64,000 nt of DNA from Rhynchopus sp. YZ270_cl-10 (GCA_964035575.1 OZ037834.1:1984001-2048000); one strand, 5' to 3'; positions 45,182-56,640 are shown, counted from the first letter of the stretch. The notes: generated from the sequence alone by a model not told the origin. Program-made: numbers and translations.

Positions 45182-47506
45182 CTAGGATGGTTTGGGGACG
45201 TCTCCCTCATCATAGAGGTATCGTGCAAGCTCAGGTATGGTGTCACTTTTAGTGGTATAAACGATGCCACGTTCCTCACACTGTTCCTTAATATCAAGGT
45301 AACATGTGTCTTTGAGTTTGGCACAAATTTTGGATACCGAGGCTGTGCTATGAACCCGCCCCTGCACCTTAACATTTTTTTCTTTAAAAAAAGTACTGTA
45401 CCGCACTGCGGCATCCCATATCTCAGGGGTCACAGACTGGGTAGAAAATCCCGTACTCTCTAGAGTCCCAATGTTATGCCTGTACATAGCAAGCATTGCA
45501 ATACGGGGGGGGGTGGTATGTAACCCCAGGCGATCAAACAACATTGAAAAGGTACCGTGGTACCCCTCAACGAAGTCATTTGACGCCGGAGTTGCAAGGA
45601 GGTACTCCTCAGGAATGTGACTCAAGTCAGCATCCTTTGCAACAAAACGATCCCATGTCGCACACCCTTCCTCAACAACAGCAGCCATCATCTTGCGGAA
45701 CCTCCGTCGGATCGCCTGTGTCCGTCCTGCCACTTTGAGTGCCTTCGCGACTGCCGGGCGGGTCTTCGTCGTCTCCACCCAGCTGGGGAAGGTGAGTGGG
45801 TCGGTGTCGGAGGTTGCAACGCATTGCAGCGAAACAATCTTCTCGCGAAGACCACCGTAACCTGAACGCGCAGTCTTCACGTTCTTCACTCCACCCTTCT
45901 TTGTCGCGACAAAGACTGCACTCATCCATGAGTGGATAAGGACACACGCGCTCATCTGCAGTAACATCGTTGGGTCCTTCAGCAGCAGGTCGAGCGCCTC
46001 GCTCCCAGGGATCAGCATCTCCCCTCTGCGGACCTGTGCCTCCGCTTCCTCGAACCGCGAGAAGAGGTTGTACGCGTTCGTGGCGGCCCACCCATAGCGG
46101 GTCCCCACCTCGCGAGTCACCTTGAACCCCTTCTTCGCACGACCTCCACCTTCAACGGCTGCACGTGACCGGTTGATAAGGCCAGTGTTCGTTGTGGAGG
46201 CCGTGGCAGAGGCGTCGCTGGCTGTGGCGAAGGTGCGCAAAGCCTTCTCCAGGGGGTCCTCCTTCATCTCCTTCATCGACTTCATCCCCTTGGCCTTGTG
46301 CAAGAAGAAACTTGCAGCCTGCTGCATACCGCCGACGGTGTTGCTCATTTTATGGCTAGAGCAGCCTGTCGACGGTACAGCATCCTTAGCTGAAGCGCCG
46401 ATGCCGGTGGCCGCGTGGTCGACACAGTTGACCCAGTGCGCCACGGGGATGTGCATGTCTTTGCATGCTGTGCGGAACTCGTCGAGTTGTGCCGCCTTCG
46501 TCGCGTCACGCCCGTTCTCCCCGACTGTGACATGGCCGATGACTTGTCGTACGGTGTTGGGGGTCTTCCAATCGGCCACGTTGAGCGCAAAGGCTGACGG
46601 CGTGTACCCCTTCGCCCCCCTCGAGCCGCTCGCCGAGTCCTGCGAGCACGTCGTCCCCCACTTCTTCCCAGCGTTCCGCACCTTCATCGCTTCGCAGAAG
46701 GGAACAAAAGAGAGGGGCCCAGAAACCCAGTCCCATTCTCCGATGGTGCTGACGGCGGGGGGCTCCATCTTCTCACCCGTCCACAGCTCAAGCTGTGATG
46801 CCAAGATCGACCTGGTCGAATCGAGGCCGATGCCGTGGCTGCGCAGTTGGATGCACAGCATCTTGATGGGCAGATGCCATCGGTCACCCTGCGGGGAGGC
46901 GCCATGCGTCTTAGTGGGGATGGTGAGGTTGGTAAGGCGAACAATCTCCTGCTTTAAGGTTTCGATCTCCTGTTGTAGTAGCTCGACTCGGTCGTCTTGT
47001 CGCAATATTTTTTGATGCTGCGCTGCGACCTTCTTTTTGCGCTGCTGGTGGGTGTGGGCAGGTCTACCTGTCACGTGCAATGCTGGCGAGTCCGCGTCGG
47101 GGAAGAGTTCGACACCGCACTGTGATGGAGAACGGTTGGGCTTGTGTCGCTTCTCCGGGCTACGGGGGGTGCTGCCACCAGGCTCACTACGCCGTTTAGC
47201 CCTTTGTGGTGTCGTCTCCTCCTCTTCCTCCTCCTCCTCCTCCTCCTCGTCCTCCTCTTCTCCCGTATAATTGGAGTGGCTGCACGTCAAACACCAAACC
47301 TGCACCCGCTGACCACTAACGGAGGGCCTCCTCTTGCAACACCCTAACTCATTTAGTGCCTTACTGAAGGGGAGATCTGGGGTCGTGTTGCAGTTGTAAC
47401 GGATGCGCAGAGTTTCGAAATTCGTAGCATCTAACCCACACACGTCTCCCTTGCGCAGGGCAACCTTTCGCATAAGCTTCTGTGCCTCTATTCTTGCACC
47501 ATCCAT
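45182..47506 (-). CDS. DDE transposase with CxxH insertion-domain signature (hAT/P/MuDR/Kolobok-related group; superfamily not assigned)
   Basis: Intact 774-aa ORF inside the TIRs. Candidate catalytic motifs are TCSQDSAS (D), NCVDHAAT (D), GCSSHKM (CxxH), EVGTRYG and SNDFVEGYHG (E). It also has a coiled coil, an N-terminal winged-helix-like segment and a C-terminal SAP/HeH-like IKEQCEERGI..TKSDTIPEL. Confidence 0.78.
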   Translation of the reverse strand: MDGARIEAQKLMRKVALRKGDVCGLDATNFETLRIRYNCNTTPDLPFSKALNELGCCKRRPSVSGQRVQVWCLTCSHSNYTGEEEDEEEEEEEEEEETTPQRAKRRSEPGGSTPRSPEKRHKPNRSPSQCGVELFPDADSPALHVTGRPAHTHQQRKKKVAAQHQKILRQDDRVELLQQEIETLKQEIVRLTNLTIPTKTHGASPQGDRWHLPIKMLCIQLRSHGIGLDSTRSILASQLELWTGEKMEPPAVSTIGEWDWVSGPLSFVPFCEAMKVRNAGKKWGTTCSQDSASGSRGAKGYTPSAFALNVADWKTPNTVRQVIGHVTVGENGRDATKAAQLDEFRTACKDMHIPVAHWVNCVDHAATGIGASAKDAVPSTGCSSHKMSNTVGGMQQAASFFLHKAKGMKSMKEMKEDPLEKALRTFATASDASATASTTNTGLINRSRAAVEGGGRAKKGFKVTREVGTRYGWAATNAYNLFSRFEEAEAQVRRGEMLIPGSEALDLLLKDPTMLLQMSACVLIHSWMSAVFVATKKGGVKNVKTARSGYGGLREKIVSLQCVATSDTDPLTFPSWVETTKTRPAVAKALKVAGRTQAIRRRFRKMMAAVVEEGCATWDRFVAKDADLSHIPEEYLLATPASNDFVEGYHGTFSMLFDRLGLHTTPPRIAMLAMYRHNIGTLESTGFSTQSVTPEIWDAAVRYSTFFKEKNVKVQGRVHSTASVSKICAKLKDTCYLDIKEQCEERGIVYTTKSDTIPELARYLYDEGDVPKPS

Positions 47507-47517
47507 TATGATTTTGG

Positions 47518-48257
47518 GTGTTTTTTAAGACGATTTTCTGTCGTGTTTTTGCGGTGTTTGGGTGGGGATGTGGTGGAAATTTGGAACTATCTGGGCTCCC
47601 AGGGTCCTTTTTCGGGGGTTTTTGGCATTTCTTGACCCCTATATGGGTCAAACAGCATGCCGGAGTGCTGCCGGAGCGCTGCCATACCATTGCCATACCA
47701 TTTTTTTTGATGTAAAAACACCAAAAAAACACTTCCAAAAGTGTCAAATATGTCCAAAACAGGTTGGAATGGACTCACAGGCCACTTTTGGGGTATATTT
47801 GTGCCAAAGGAGGTTTTGTGATGTCAAAAAATAGCCGTTTTTTTGCTTTTTTTTTGAAAAATCGCTATCGTCACACAGGCTCCATAATGACCTTTTTGAA
47901 AAAAGTGTGTTTTTTAAGACGATTTTCTGTCGTGTTTTTGCGGTGTTTGGGTGGGGATGTGGTGGAAATTTGGAACTATCTGGGTTCCCAGGGTCCTTTT
48001 TCGGGGGTTTTTGGCCATTTCTTGACCCCTATATGGGTCAAACAGCATGCTGGAATGCTGCCGGAGCGCGGTCAGGGTATTGCCAGGGTATTTTTTTGGA
48101 CATAAAAACACCAAAAAAACACTTCCAAAAGTGTCAAATATGTCCAAAACAGGTTGGAATGGACTCACGGGCCACTTTTGGGGTATATTTGTGCCAAAGG
48201 AGGTTTTGTGATGTCAAAAAATAACCATTTTTTTGGTTTTTTCTTGAAAAAACGCTA
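47518..48257. repeat. Subterminal direct repeat (2 copies, ~390-nt period) upstream of the transposase
   Basis: gtgttttttaagacgattttctgtcgtgtttttgcggtgtttgggtgggg... starts at 47518 and 47907, with high identity over about 340 nt. Confidence 0.9.
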
Positions 48258-49465
48258 TTTTGCCCAAAATGGCCAAAAGCGTCAAAAAGCCGTTTTTTCA
48301 CTATTTTTTCCCATTTTTTTGTATTCTGGGGTGGCTTCTGGGTCGTTTTTCGGCCCACAGGCCCCCTGTGACCCACTCTGAGGGTGTTTTTCACCCGCAG
48401 TTGCCTTGGAAATGACCAGAAGTTTAATAATGAGTTTTTTGTACGGTAATTTTACTCACAGTCGGACCCCCTAATCCCCCCCCCTCCCTCCCCTCCTTCA
48501 CCTCCCCCCACAGTGTGCTGCGCCCGCAAGAGGCGTTTGTACCCTTGAACTTCGATTCCTTTAGGTGAGCAAAGCACAGAGAGAGGCTTGGGCACCATTG
48601 CATCATCAACGTTTATATGTTTGTTCCTCGGACATCTTTTTTTGACAGCCTTTTGGAAGAACGTCCTTTACCAGAGTGAGGTTTTGTGTTGGTGTCGTAC
48701 TTAGGTTCCATTTTTGCAGAGCTTTTTCTTGTAGACTTCTCTGCGCTCTGGTATTTGGAATTTCGTTCTTTTGGTGTTGTCGCGAATCCAACGTACATTT
48801 TTTGTTAAAGATGCTGGATACGAGAAAGATGGCTGCTTTTTTCCCTTATTTGTTTCATTCATTTCCATTCTCGCTTTTGAAAAGAACAATAAAAAAAGAA
48901 CGGATACTTTGTTTATTGTCGTTACAAATGGTGTGGCTGGCGACCCCCAAAATAGCAGAAAATAGCAGAAAATAGCACCGGAGGAGCCTCCTCTGCAGAG
49001 TCAAGAAGAAGACTTTCGTGCCGATGGATTTGTCGACTGTCCATCTTCCGCTTCCGCAGCCGTGTCACCACATTCGAGAGAACAGGGTCGCGCGACAACC
49101 AAGCCACACCAACAAATCTTTTCCTCGGAGGCCGCCTTCGGGATAATGTGATACATTTACCCCCCTCTTTTCCCCCCTTCTCTCCCGAAATCCCATTCAC
49201 AAACACACACACAGCGTATACACACCCCATTGTTTCTCTTTTTCTCTTGCCCCCCTCCATACCCCCAGACCCCCATACCCCCACACCACCTTCCACTCAT
49301 ATTTCAAGTACCTCCCGAACGACCTTTATCACTTCTTCTCAACCTTTTTTCTTTCTGTGTTTTTCCTCTCAACTCTCAACTCTCCACTATGCGTGAATAA
49401 GGGGGGGGGGGGGGGTTTTTTTTTTCTCTCTTTTTTCAGTTTTGGTTGGTGGGCTTATCTTTTTG

Positions 49466-51079
49466 ATGTTGTGTTTAGTTTGCATTTTTCTAGTGGGAAT
49501 AGGGCATGTATCGTCTACACCGTTTGGTGTTGAGGAGAACAGCAGCGTCACAGCTCCTCCCAGTCTTTCGCAGGCGGAGGTGATGCCGTTGTGGTGCGAC
49601 CCTTTGGGTGAGAGCAGGGATTTTGCGTCGTTGGCGGCGCTTGTTGCTGGGGCAGCTTTTAATGGCGCGGTGATGCAGGCAAATCAGCTGGTTGTTGTTA
49701 CATCGGCGTGCAACCGGGCCCCCATTGAGGTTCCTCCCTCCGATGCTCCAGAGACGGAATCGCCAGAAACGTTGGCTCCAGGAGATACTGCGGCCCCTCA
49801 TGTGTCTCCTCCTGTCCCTCCACCGTATCAAGTCGCGTTGCCAAAGGTGTTTCATCCAACAGGAGTTGCAGTAGGTCCGGAAGGGAGGAGATCTTCGGAG
49901 GCAGGTGCAGTGCTGTTGGGGCTTGGCATGCTTGCAGGGTCTGTGGTGGTGTGGCGTGTGCTGGGGATGGTGCTCGGGGTGGTCTTGCCGAGGATCGATA
50001 CATCTGCCGTCTTTTCTGTCCCTCCAGACCCGTATGCGCTGGCAAGGTTCCCTTCCGCCCCTATCTTTGTGTTAAAATGGTGCTACCAAGGCTGCACCTT
50101 GGCAGCATTCTCGCTTTGCATTTATGGGTTTTCGGAGAGGCAAATTGTTCTTGGCGGGGTAGCGCTTTTTGTTTGCATGGTGCTTCCAATGGTCATTCTG
50201 TTTGTAATTCGCTATGAAGTGCCATCTTCTGCGATTGTTGTGAATGTACCGGAAACGGGGTTGATCTCGTCCGTTTTGTTTGGAGATGGGGAATGGATAT
50301 CGAGAGACCCAAAACGGCAGGTTGCTTCTCAGTGGGGATGCGTTGTGCGGCCGTTCACGGAAAAGCGGGTATGGTTTGGGACGATATATTTTGCATCGTC
50401 CTTTGCGTTAAGCGGGATGAGCTCTGTTCGAGTGGATACTTCTGTGGAATGTGCGCATATCAGAAGCGCGCAGAGTGTTCTTTTCGCGTTATGCCTTATC
50501 TCTGAGGTAGCAGCGCAACCACATGCCCGACCACGTGACGCGATCCTCACCTTCATGATTTATGCGGCAAACTGCGTCGCTACAGCGCTCCTTTCCGTTG
50601 CCTACCACACGCACACTACATTCCCCCATGAAGTCGCAGTTCATCTTCTCCAAGGCAGTGCTGTGCTCATCATCACAAAAATCGTTCTTGATTTGCTCTG
50701 CGGCAGCTATCTCCTATGGAGTGGACGACGGAGGCATTTAGAGCAAGACTTCTGGGAAATGCAAGAGGAAGGAGAGGGTGAGGGGGACGGCGAGGGGGTA
50801 CCCATGGAGTCGCAAAAGAAGCGGTGCGAAGTGATTGCGCCAGGGATGGGCGGGGTGGTGGCGTCGGAGCTGTGCCTGCCGTCTTTGTTGCGGACTGTGC
50901 CCTCGGATTCTGGAGGGGTGGGGTTAGGGGGAACAGGGGCATCTGGGGGCAGTCTCTGGGGTGGTGGGCGGCAAGGTACGGACGACACGCTCGCATCGTC
51001 CCCGGCGAAGTTCCCCCTTCTTGCGGCAGAGCCTGTCGTGCTCAGCCCTCTGGCGCGCAGCGGGGGGTCGTTGTTGTAA
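49466..51079 (+). CDS. Multi-pass membrane protein, paralog of 22488-24551 with a short ectodomain
   Basis: First ATG at 49466 (MLCLVCIFLVGIG, signal-like). Motifs LPKVFHPT, RFPSAPIFVLKWCYQG, GDGEWIS, PHARPRD and K..LDL.C are shared with the paralog. Confidence 0.82.
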   Translation: MLCLVCIFLVGIGHVSSTPFGVEENSSVTAPPSLSQAEVMPLWCDPLGESRDFASLAALVAGAAFNGAVMQANQLVVVTSACNRAPIEVPPSDAPETESPETLAPGDTAAPHVSPPVPPPYQVALPKVFHPTGVAVGPEGRRSSEAGAVLLGLGMLAGSVVVWRVLGMVLGVVLPRIDTSAVFSVPPDPYALARFPSAPIFVLKWCYQGCTLAAFSLCIYGFSERQIVLGGVALFVCMVLPMVILFVIRYEVPSSAIVVNVPETGLISSVLFGDGEWISRDPKRQVASQWGCVVRPFTEKRVWFGTIYFASSFALSGMSSVRVDTSVECAHIRSAQSVLFALCLISEVAAQPHARPRDAILTFMIYAANCVATALLSVAYHTHTTFPHEVAVHLLQGSAVLIITKIVLDLLCGSYLLWSGRRRHLEQDFWEMQEEGEGEGDGEGVPMESQKKRCEVIAPGMGGVVASELCLPSLLRTVPSDSGGVGLGGTGASGGSLWGGGRQGTDDTLASSPAKFPLLAAEPVVLSPLARSGGSLL

Positions 51080-53704
51080 AAAGTCTATTTTTTTGTGCTT
51101 TCATCCGGATGGCTGGCATAGTGAGTCAATCGGAGGTGTGTGTGTGTTTGATAACTAGTAGGGGTAATTCTTGCTCAGAATATGGCCCCAATGTGCGTGT
51201 GTGTGTTTCAGACCAAGTTACCTAGGGTATTTCGTGTTAATTAAATCAAGGCCGCACTTGCAAGGAGTGGTGCGCGCTTTAGAAGTAATTTATTTGTTTT
51301 CATCATTTACCGTCGGGGGCACGGGGTCCTGAGCGGACCCTGCGATGCCCAACTCGCTGAAGGGGAGGTGTCGTCACTCACCTGGGTCCATCATCATGCC
51401 AAGGGATCTAGTCTTGGCATTCCGGAGCTGCTGCCCCTGTGTGTGTGTGTGTGTGTGTATACACCAATAACTATCTTTTTGAGGTGGTGCCTTTTTCCTC
51501 TGGCATATTCATCTTCGACTGTTGATTTGAGGATAAGTTCCGTCTATGTAAACACCCCGAATGCGTGCCCCGAATCCAGGAGGTGACGAACCACACGGGG
51601 GGTGGCCTTGGTTCAGATTAACGTTTTTGTTTTTTTTAGCGGTGGTTCCTAAACCTGGGAGAGAAAAGGACACATCAAAATGTAGAGATCATCTGTGCAG
51701 GTAGGGAAGTCGTCTCACATCGTTGACGTGTCAGTTTTTTTTTTAAACCAAGCAGGAAGCATTGTATAATGAGTCCACAGCAGTAGGTAGTGCTGTCGTA
51801 GCTGGCGTGCGACCCTGTGTGTGATTACTTCTGTTTTTTTGTTTTGTTTTGTTTTGCGTGATTCGATTGAAAATATTATCTTATTTTCCTTCTAAAAAAT
51901 TGCGTGCACAAGAGACATTCTTTATCCTTCGTTTTCTTGTTCTGTTTTTTTTTTTTTTTGCTGTGCCCAACGTCCTATGGATGGTGAGGCATTTGCACTT
52001 TCCACTTCTCCTTTGTGCTCTTGGGGTGGCTAGGCGGATAACACAGAAGCACTCACAGGTGATCCACAGATGAAAAGGAGAAGACGAAGTGGAGATTGCA
52101 CAACTGTGGGCAACACAAACCCGAGGCAACTACACTACTCCAACAATTTATCAAGAGAAGAAAAAAATAGTGGAGCACACTCTAGGGTGGCTACACTAAT
52201 ACAACCAAGTTTTCAAAAAAAAAACATTCGGGTTGGATCTTTTTTTGTGATGTTTCCCTACCTGATTTTGCCTGAAAATTTTTGTGGAGTTTCAGTGGGG
52301 TTTAAATACCACCAAAAAACCCCACCAAATTTTCGGGTAAAATCAGGTGGATTTCTTGTGGTCTTGTCGCCCCAAATTGATACAAAAATGGGATGTTTTT
52401 TTGGTATATTTTTCCATATTTCTTCGTTTCTTTATTCTTTATTCTTCTTTTTTCTTGTTATTTTTTTTGGGAGGATTCTTTGAACTAAACTTCAAGACAC
52501 CCCTCCTCAGACAAACTAAAATAAGAAATTCTTTGTATGTTTTCTCTTTATATGTAACCAGACGTTCTCCCTCTCGCACCACGACCAAGCGACAGACATG
52601 GCCTTGGTACATTACATGCTTCACCCTTTGGTGCTGCTCATGTAGTGTATTGTCTGGACCCAACCTGTTGCTCTGCCGTAGGTGTATTGGATCTCAACAT
52701 CAGAGACTTCCCTCTGAGGTGTGGACTGTAAATCTGTAACCTTGGGTTTTGTGTTTGGATTTTTTTTTTTGGGGGGAAAGGGGGGGGTGGAAGCACACTA
52801 CTCCTTTACCCACCCCACGCAGATTGGGGAAGCGTTTTGCCAAAACTAAAAATAAGGAAAGTGGAGATTTGCACAACTGTGGCAACACAACCGAGGCAAC
52901 AACACTACTCCAACAATTTATCAAAAAATAGAAACTTTTGGCAATAGGGTTGTATCCCTGCGCCCTTTGGGTGCCATCAGAGTGCACCCACTGCGGTCTT
53001 TGGTGAATGTTGCAAAAGAGGAAAGAAAAAAATTGCCTTTCACTTTCTGTCCCCATGGCGATTCTATTCTCCGCACACAGATTGTCTAAGTGAAGAAAGG
53101 TAATCTTTTTTTTTTGAACGAAAGTCGCGTTGCATTCTTCAAAGATGTGTGTCTGTGTGTGTTTGATAACTAATAAGGGTAATTCTTGCGCAGAATATGG
53201 CCTCAATGTGTGTGTGTGCACGAGAGACACATTTATCTTTCAAGTTTTCTTCTTTTTGCTTTTTAAGTAAGGTGACTAAGCACGAGAGGCTTAGGGTCAT
53301 CTTATAAACTTTTCTTTTTATTATAAAGGTGCGTGCACAGAGAGGCAGTATCCATTTTTGGTTTGATTTTTTTGCCTCGCATCTTCTAAGTTTGCTGCTT
53401 AACAAAGTTTGCAAAAATACTAGGGCACTTTTTTTTTTTTGAAAGTACAACCCAACGTCCTTTGTTGTTTTCCCCGCTTTTGAACCAGTTTTCTGTAAGC
53501 CGGGAGGGGGAGACTAACCGTTCCAACCGATAAAACAACATATCCACTCGTTGTGTCTCGGAAACGCATAGGTTAAGTGTGTATCATTCAGCCATTATTA
53601 CAATGCTTTTCTATTTTCCTACTTTTGGTGATGTCGAAACCGAAGTATGCATCAAGAAAACTTTGTCAGGACTTTGCAAAGCTTTTTTGCAAAAGTGCTA
53701 AGAA

Positions 53705-53816
53705 CACCTGATTTTTACCCCGCGTATAGGTGCGTATAGGCGCGTATAGGTGCGTATAGGACCGAATAGGACCGAAAACGCACGTGTACGCGCCTATACG
53801 CGGTAAAAATCAGGTG
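53705..53816. mobile_element. MITE with CACCTGATTTT termini and GCGTATAGG internal repeats; related copy at ~52259-52349
   Basis: cacctgatttttacc / ggtaaaaatcaggtg; flanks ctaagaa / gtaagaa form an imperfect 7-bp TSD. Confidence 0.75.
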
Positions 53817-55238
53817 GTAAGAACACAGCAATAACAAATCAACAATAATCCACTCTTCTTTGTTTGCTATTGTTTTCTGTGTGAAAGGCGTTCTGAAAGA
53901 ATATTTTTAAAAGTTTTAAACTGCCTCATTCGATCTCTTAAGTTCCTTTTTTTTTTACGTTCCCTACTTTCTCGACTAAGCTTGACGCTTATTTTCATCT
54001 TTCCAACTTTTTTCTCTTCTTTATCCACCCTTTTTTTAAAGTGAAAGTAGTGGGACACCAACCACTTCTTGTTTCTAACGTACAACAAAAAATTTTTTTT
54101 TCGAAAAAAAAATTTTTTCTCCGCCTGTTCAACGTTCGTCCCCTCGCTTCCACACCATCTTACTTTCCACACCCTTTTCGTCACGGTTTGTATTTTTGTG
54201 TACAGGATACATGCCACATACAACACCATAAATGGCTTGTCACTTGTACACCTTATTTGTATATTTTTCCCCCCCTGGCAAAAGTACAAAAAGAACAAAA
54301 AAAACCCCCTAGAACTACAAAGCAGTACAGCACATCCTATGTGAGCTATTAACCGGGTTTTCAAACTACCGAAAGGAATTTTCAGTTATTTTGTTCTCTC
54401 TCTCTTTTTTTATTCCACAAACTCCCACCCAAAGTATATAGTACCCCCCCGTATATCCACACGAACGTGAACCATGTTATTTCATTTTCCACTTATTATA
54501 CCTTCTATTCAGTAGAATAGATAGTATATGAAACGATTTTTCCACTATTGCTTCTCTTTCCTGAAGATGGAGTTGCCAGGACGCGCATTCATCTTGTTTT
54601 CACCCTCCCCTTTTTAGCAGAAGGTGGGCCGCCAGCCGACAAGCGGTTGTTGTACACCGCCTCCCCCGTTCACACATACAGTACGGGCAAGCCATTAGGT
54701 TTCCTTTTTGTCGGCAGGGGATTCATCAGTAGGATGGCTGGCATCGTACAGTGGGTCAGTCAGTCAGTGGGGAGGTACCTGCATGAACAACTACCATGTG
54801 CTTTTTTTTTTTTTTTTTGAAAACTTGAACTCCACTATATAATAGTATACCTACAAAAGCGTAGCTTAAAAGGAGAAATAGTTTCCTCCGATACGGTCGC
54901 CAATCACCCCCCTCCAAGGGTAATTGAGCAATCAACGGAAAAACCTTTTTTTTTCCTTTTACCTATCAGAGTTACTATTTTTTTCCACTTGGTGACTAAG
55001 CGCAGAGCCACTGTTTGGCGCTTTTTCTTTTTTCTTCTTTTCTTTTTTTTGGCCGCCAAACATATTTGGACAACTGCACAGTTCTTTTACATCATCTCCC
55101 AGAACGTTTTTTTTGCTTTTCTTTTTTTACGGTCACTACGCAAATACGCTTCGCTATTCATCCCTCCGCTTTCCTCTTCCTCAACCTCCCAGAGTAACCC
55201 AGCCGCTCGGCAGCCACAACCCAAATATGGGTTGTGTT

Positions 55239-55350
55239 CAGGGCGTTCGCCCCGGGGCGAAAAATATTTTTTTTCGTTAAAAAAAATTTTTCCTGAAAAA
55301 ATGACATTTTATTTCGCCCCAGGGCTTCGCCCCACCGGGGCGAAACCCTG
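55239..55350. mobile_element. Small MITE with CAGGG termini
   Basis: cagggcgttcgccccc ... ggggcgaaaccctg with internal ttcgcccc/ggggcgaa repeats. No clear TSD. Confidence 0.55.
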
Positions 55351-56235
55351 TATAAATAAATAAATAAATAAATAAATAAAAAAAGGGGAGAAAAAAAAAT
55401 AAAGAGAGAGAGATTTCTCCCCACCACCCTGTCGACCCCCCGGAGGGGGGGTCGCAGAGGGGTGTCTGTTCCGCAAACCCGCCTGCCGTGAGAGGAAGTT
55501 TCCCCAGCACTCCCGCTCCTCAATCCTGCAGTCTGGTGAAGCCCCTGTTATAGAAGGTGTCACTACTCGTGTCAACTCTACCTTCAACGGCAGAGAGACG
55601 TTTTAGTTTATTGAAAATAATCAAAATAAGGATGAAGTCTCATATGACGGATGCCTCTCTCTTGTACATCTGTTTGATTAAACAACACAAAGAGACCCTC
55701 AGTGAGGGGGGATTGATGAAATTCTCCATCGTTTTGCTGGTTTTAGTCAGGAAAGTGCAGCTGTAATAGCACTTGTGCTGGGGAAGGGATCACGCGCAAA
55801 TCGCAAATTTTTTTTGACCACTCAGTACCAGGGATTCACCCCCCACGAACTAGCTTCTCTCCGGCGGAAAATTTTTTTTGACCTATTTTAAGCACTAGTA
55901 AAAAAGCAAAAATTTCGGGTTTTTTGGCATTTCGCCACGATCAGGAAAAAACGATGGCGATAGCGAACGCCCTGGTTGTGTTTGCAAAAAAAAAAAGTGA
56001 TGACGTTGTGTCAAAAAATGTTATAATGAAGCTCACCCTCGGGGTGTCAAAGCTGTAGAACCTCAGTTGCGTTCTGTATCCAAAAGGAAAATAGAAAAGA
56101 AAAAAAAGTTCTCTCCCATCCTTCCCTAAACCTTTTATTTGAAATGACATTATCCCCCCCGACTCCCCTTCCAAATCCGTCCAGCTGCTGTTGTAGTGGA
56201 CTACCGCGGATAGGGCAGGAGTGGGCTGAGAGGGA

Positions 56236-56640
56236 TGCAGTTGACCGAAACGAAAACTAACGCTAGCAATAGCAGTGGTTCTTTGGATGAAACAGGTCAA
56301 CCGAGCGATAGCACACAGACTTGATCTGGTGCAAGCCCGCAGGAGTATCTGCCCTATCAGCTTTTGACGGTAGTGTAGTGGACTACCGTGGCTGTAACGG
56401 GTAACGGGGAATTAGGGTTCGATTCCGGAGAGGGAGCCTGAGAAACGGGCTACCACATCTAAGGATGGCAGCAGGCGCGCAAATTGCCCAATAGCAACAC
56501 TGCTGAGGCAGCGAAGAGAAATAGTAAACTTCTGGCACTACGTGTTATGGAGCTTGCAATGGATGATATCTAAGCCTATCAATGAGTATCGATTGATGGA
56601 CAAGTCTGGTGCCAGCACCCGCGGTAATTCCAGCACCAAT
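56236..56640 (+). pseudogene. Isolated SSU (18S) rRNA fragment, euglenozoan type
   Basis: Contains ctgccctatcagct..gacggtagtgtagtggactacc, gggaattagggttcgattccggagagggagcctgagaaacg, ggcagcaggcgcgcaaattgccca and caagtctggtgccagcacccgcggtaattccagc. Only about 400 nt are present, flanked by non-rDNA. Confidence 0.9.

Larger units (their letters stand above)
44873..48473 (-). mobile_element. Apparently autonomous DNA transposon B with TAGGGGG termini and an 11-bp TSD
   Basis: Perfect 14-bp TIR tagggggtccgact plus a second matching block taaaatt..cgtacaaaaaac. atccccccccc is duplicated at 44862-44872 and 48474-48484. Contains a single long ORF. Confidence 0.88.

Noticed and set aside
56236..56640. 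Functional rRNA operon
   Set aside because: Only about 400 nt of 18S is present, with no ITS, 5.8S or LSU adjacent.
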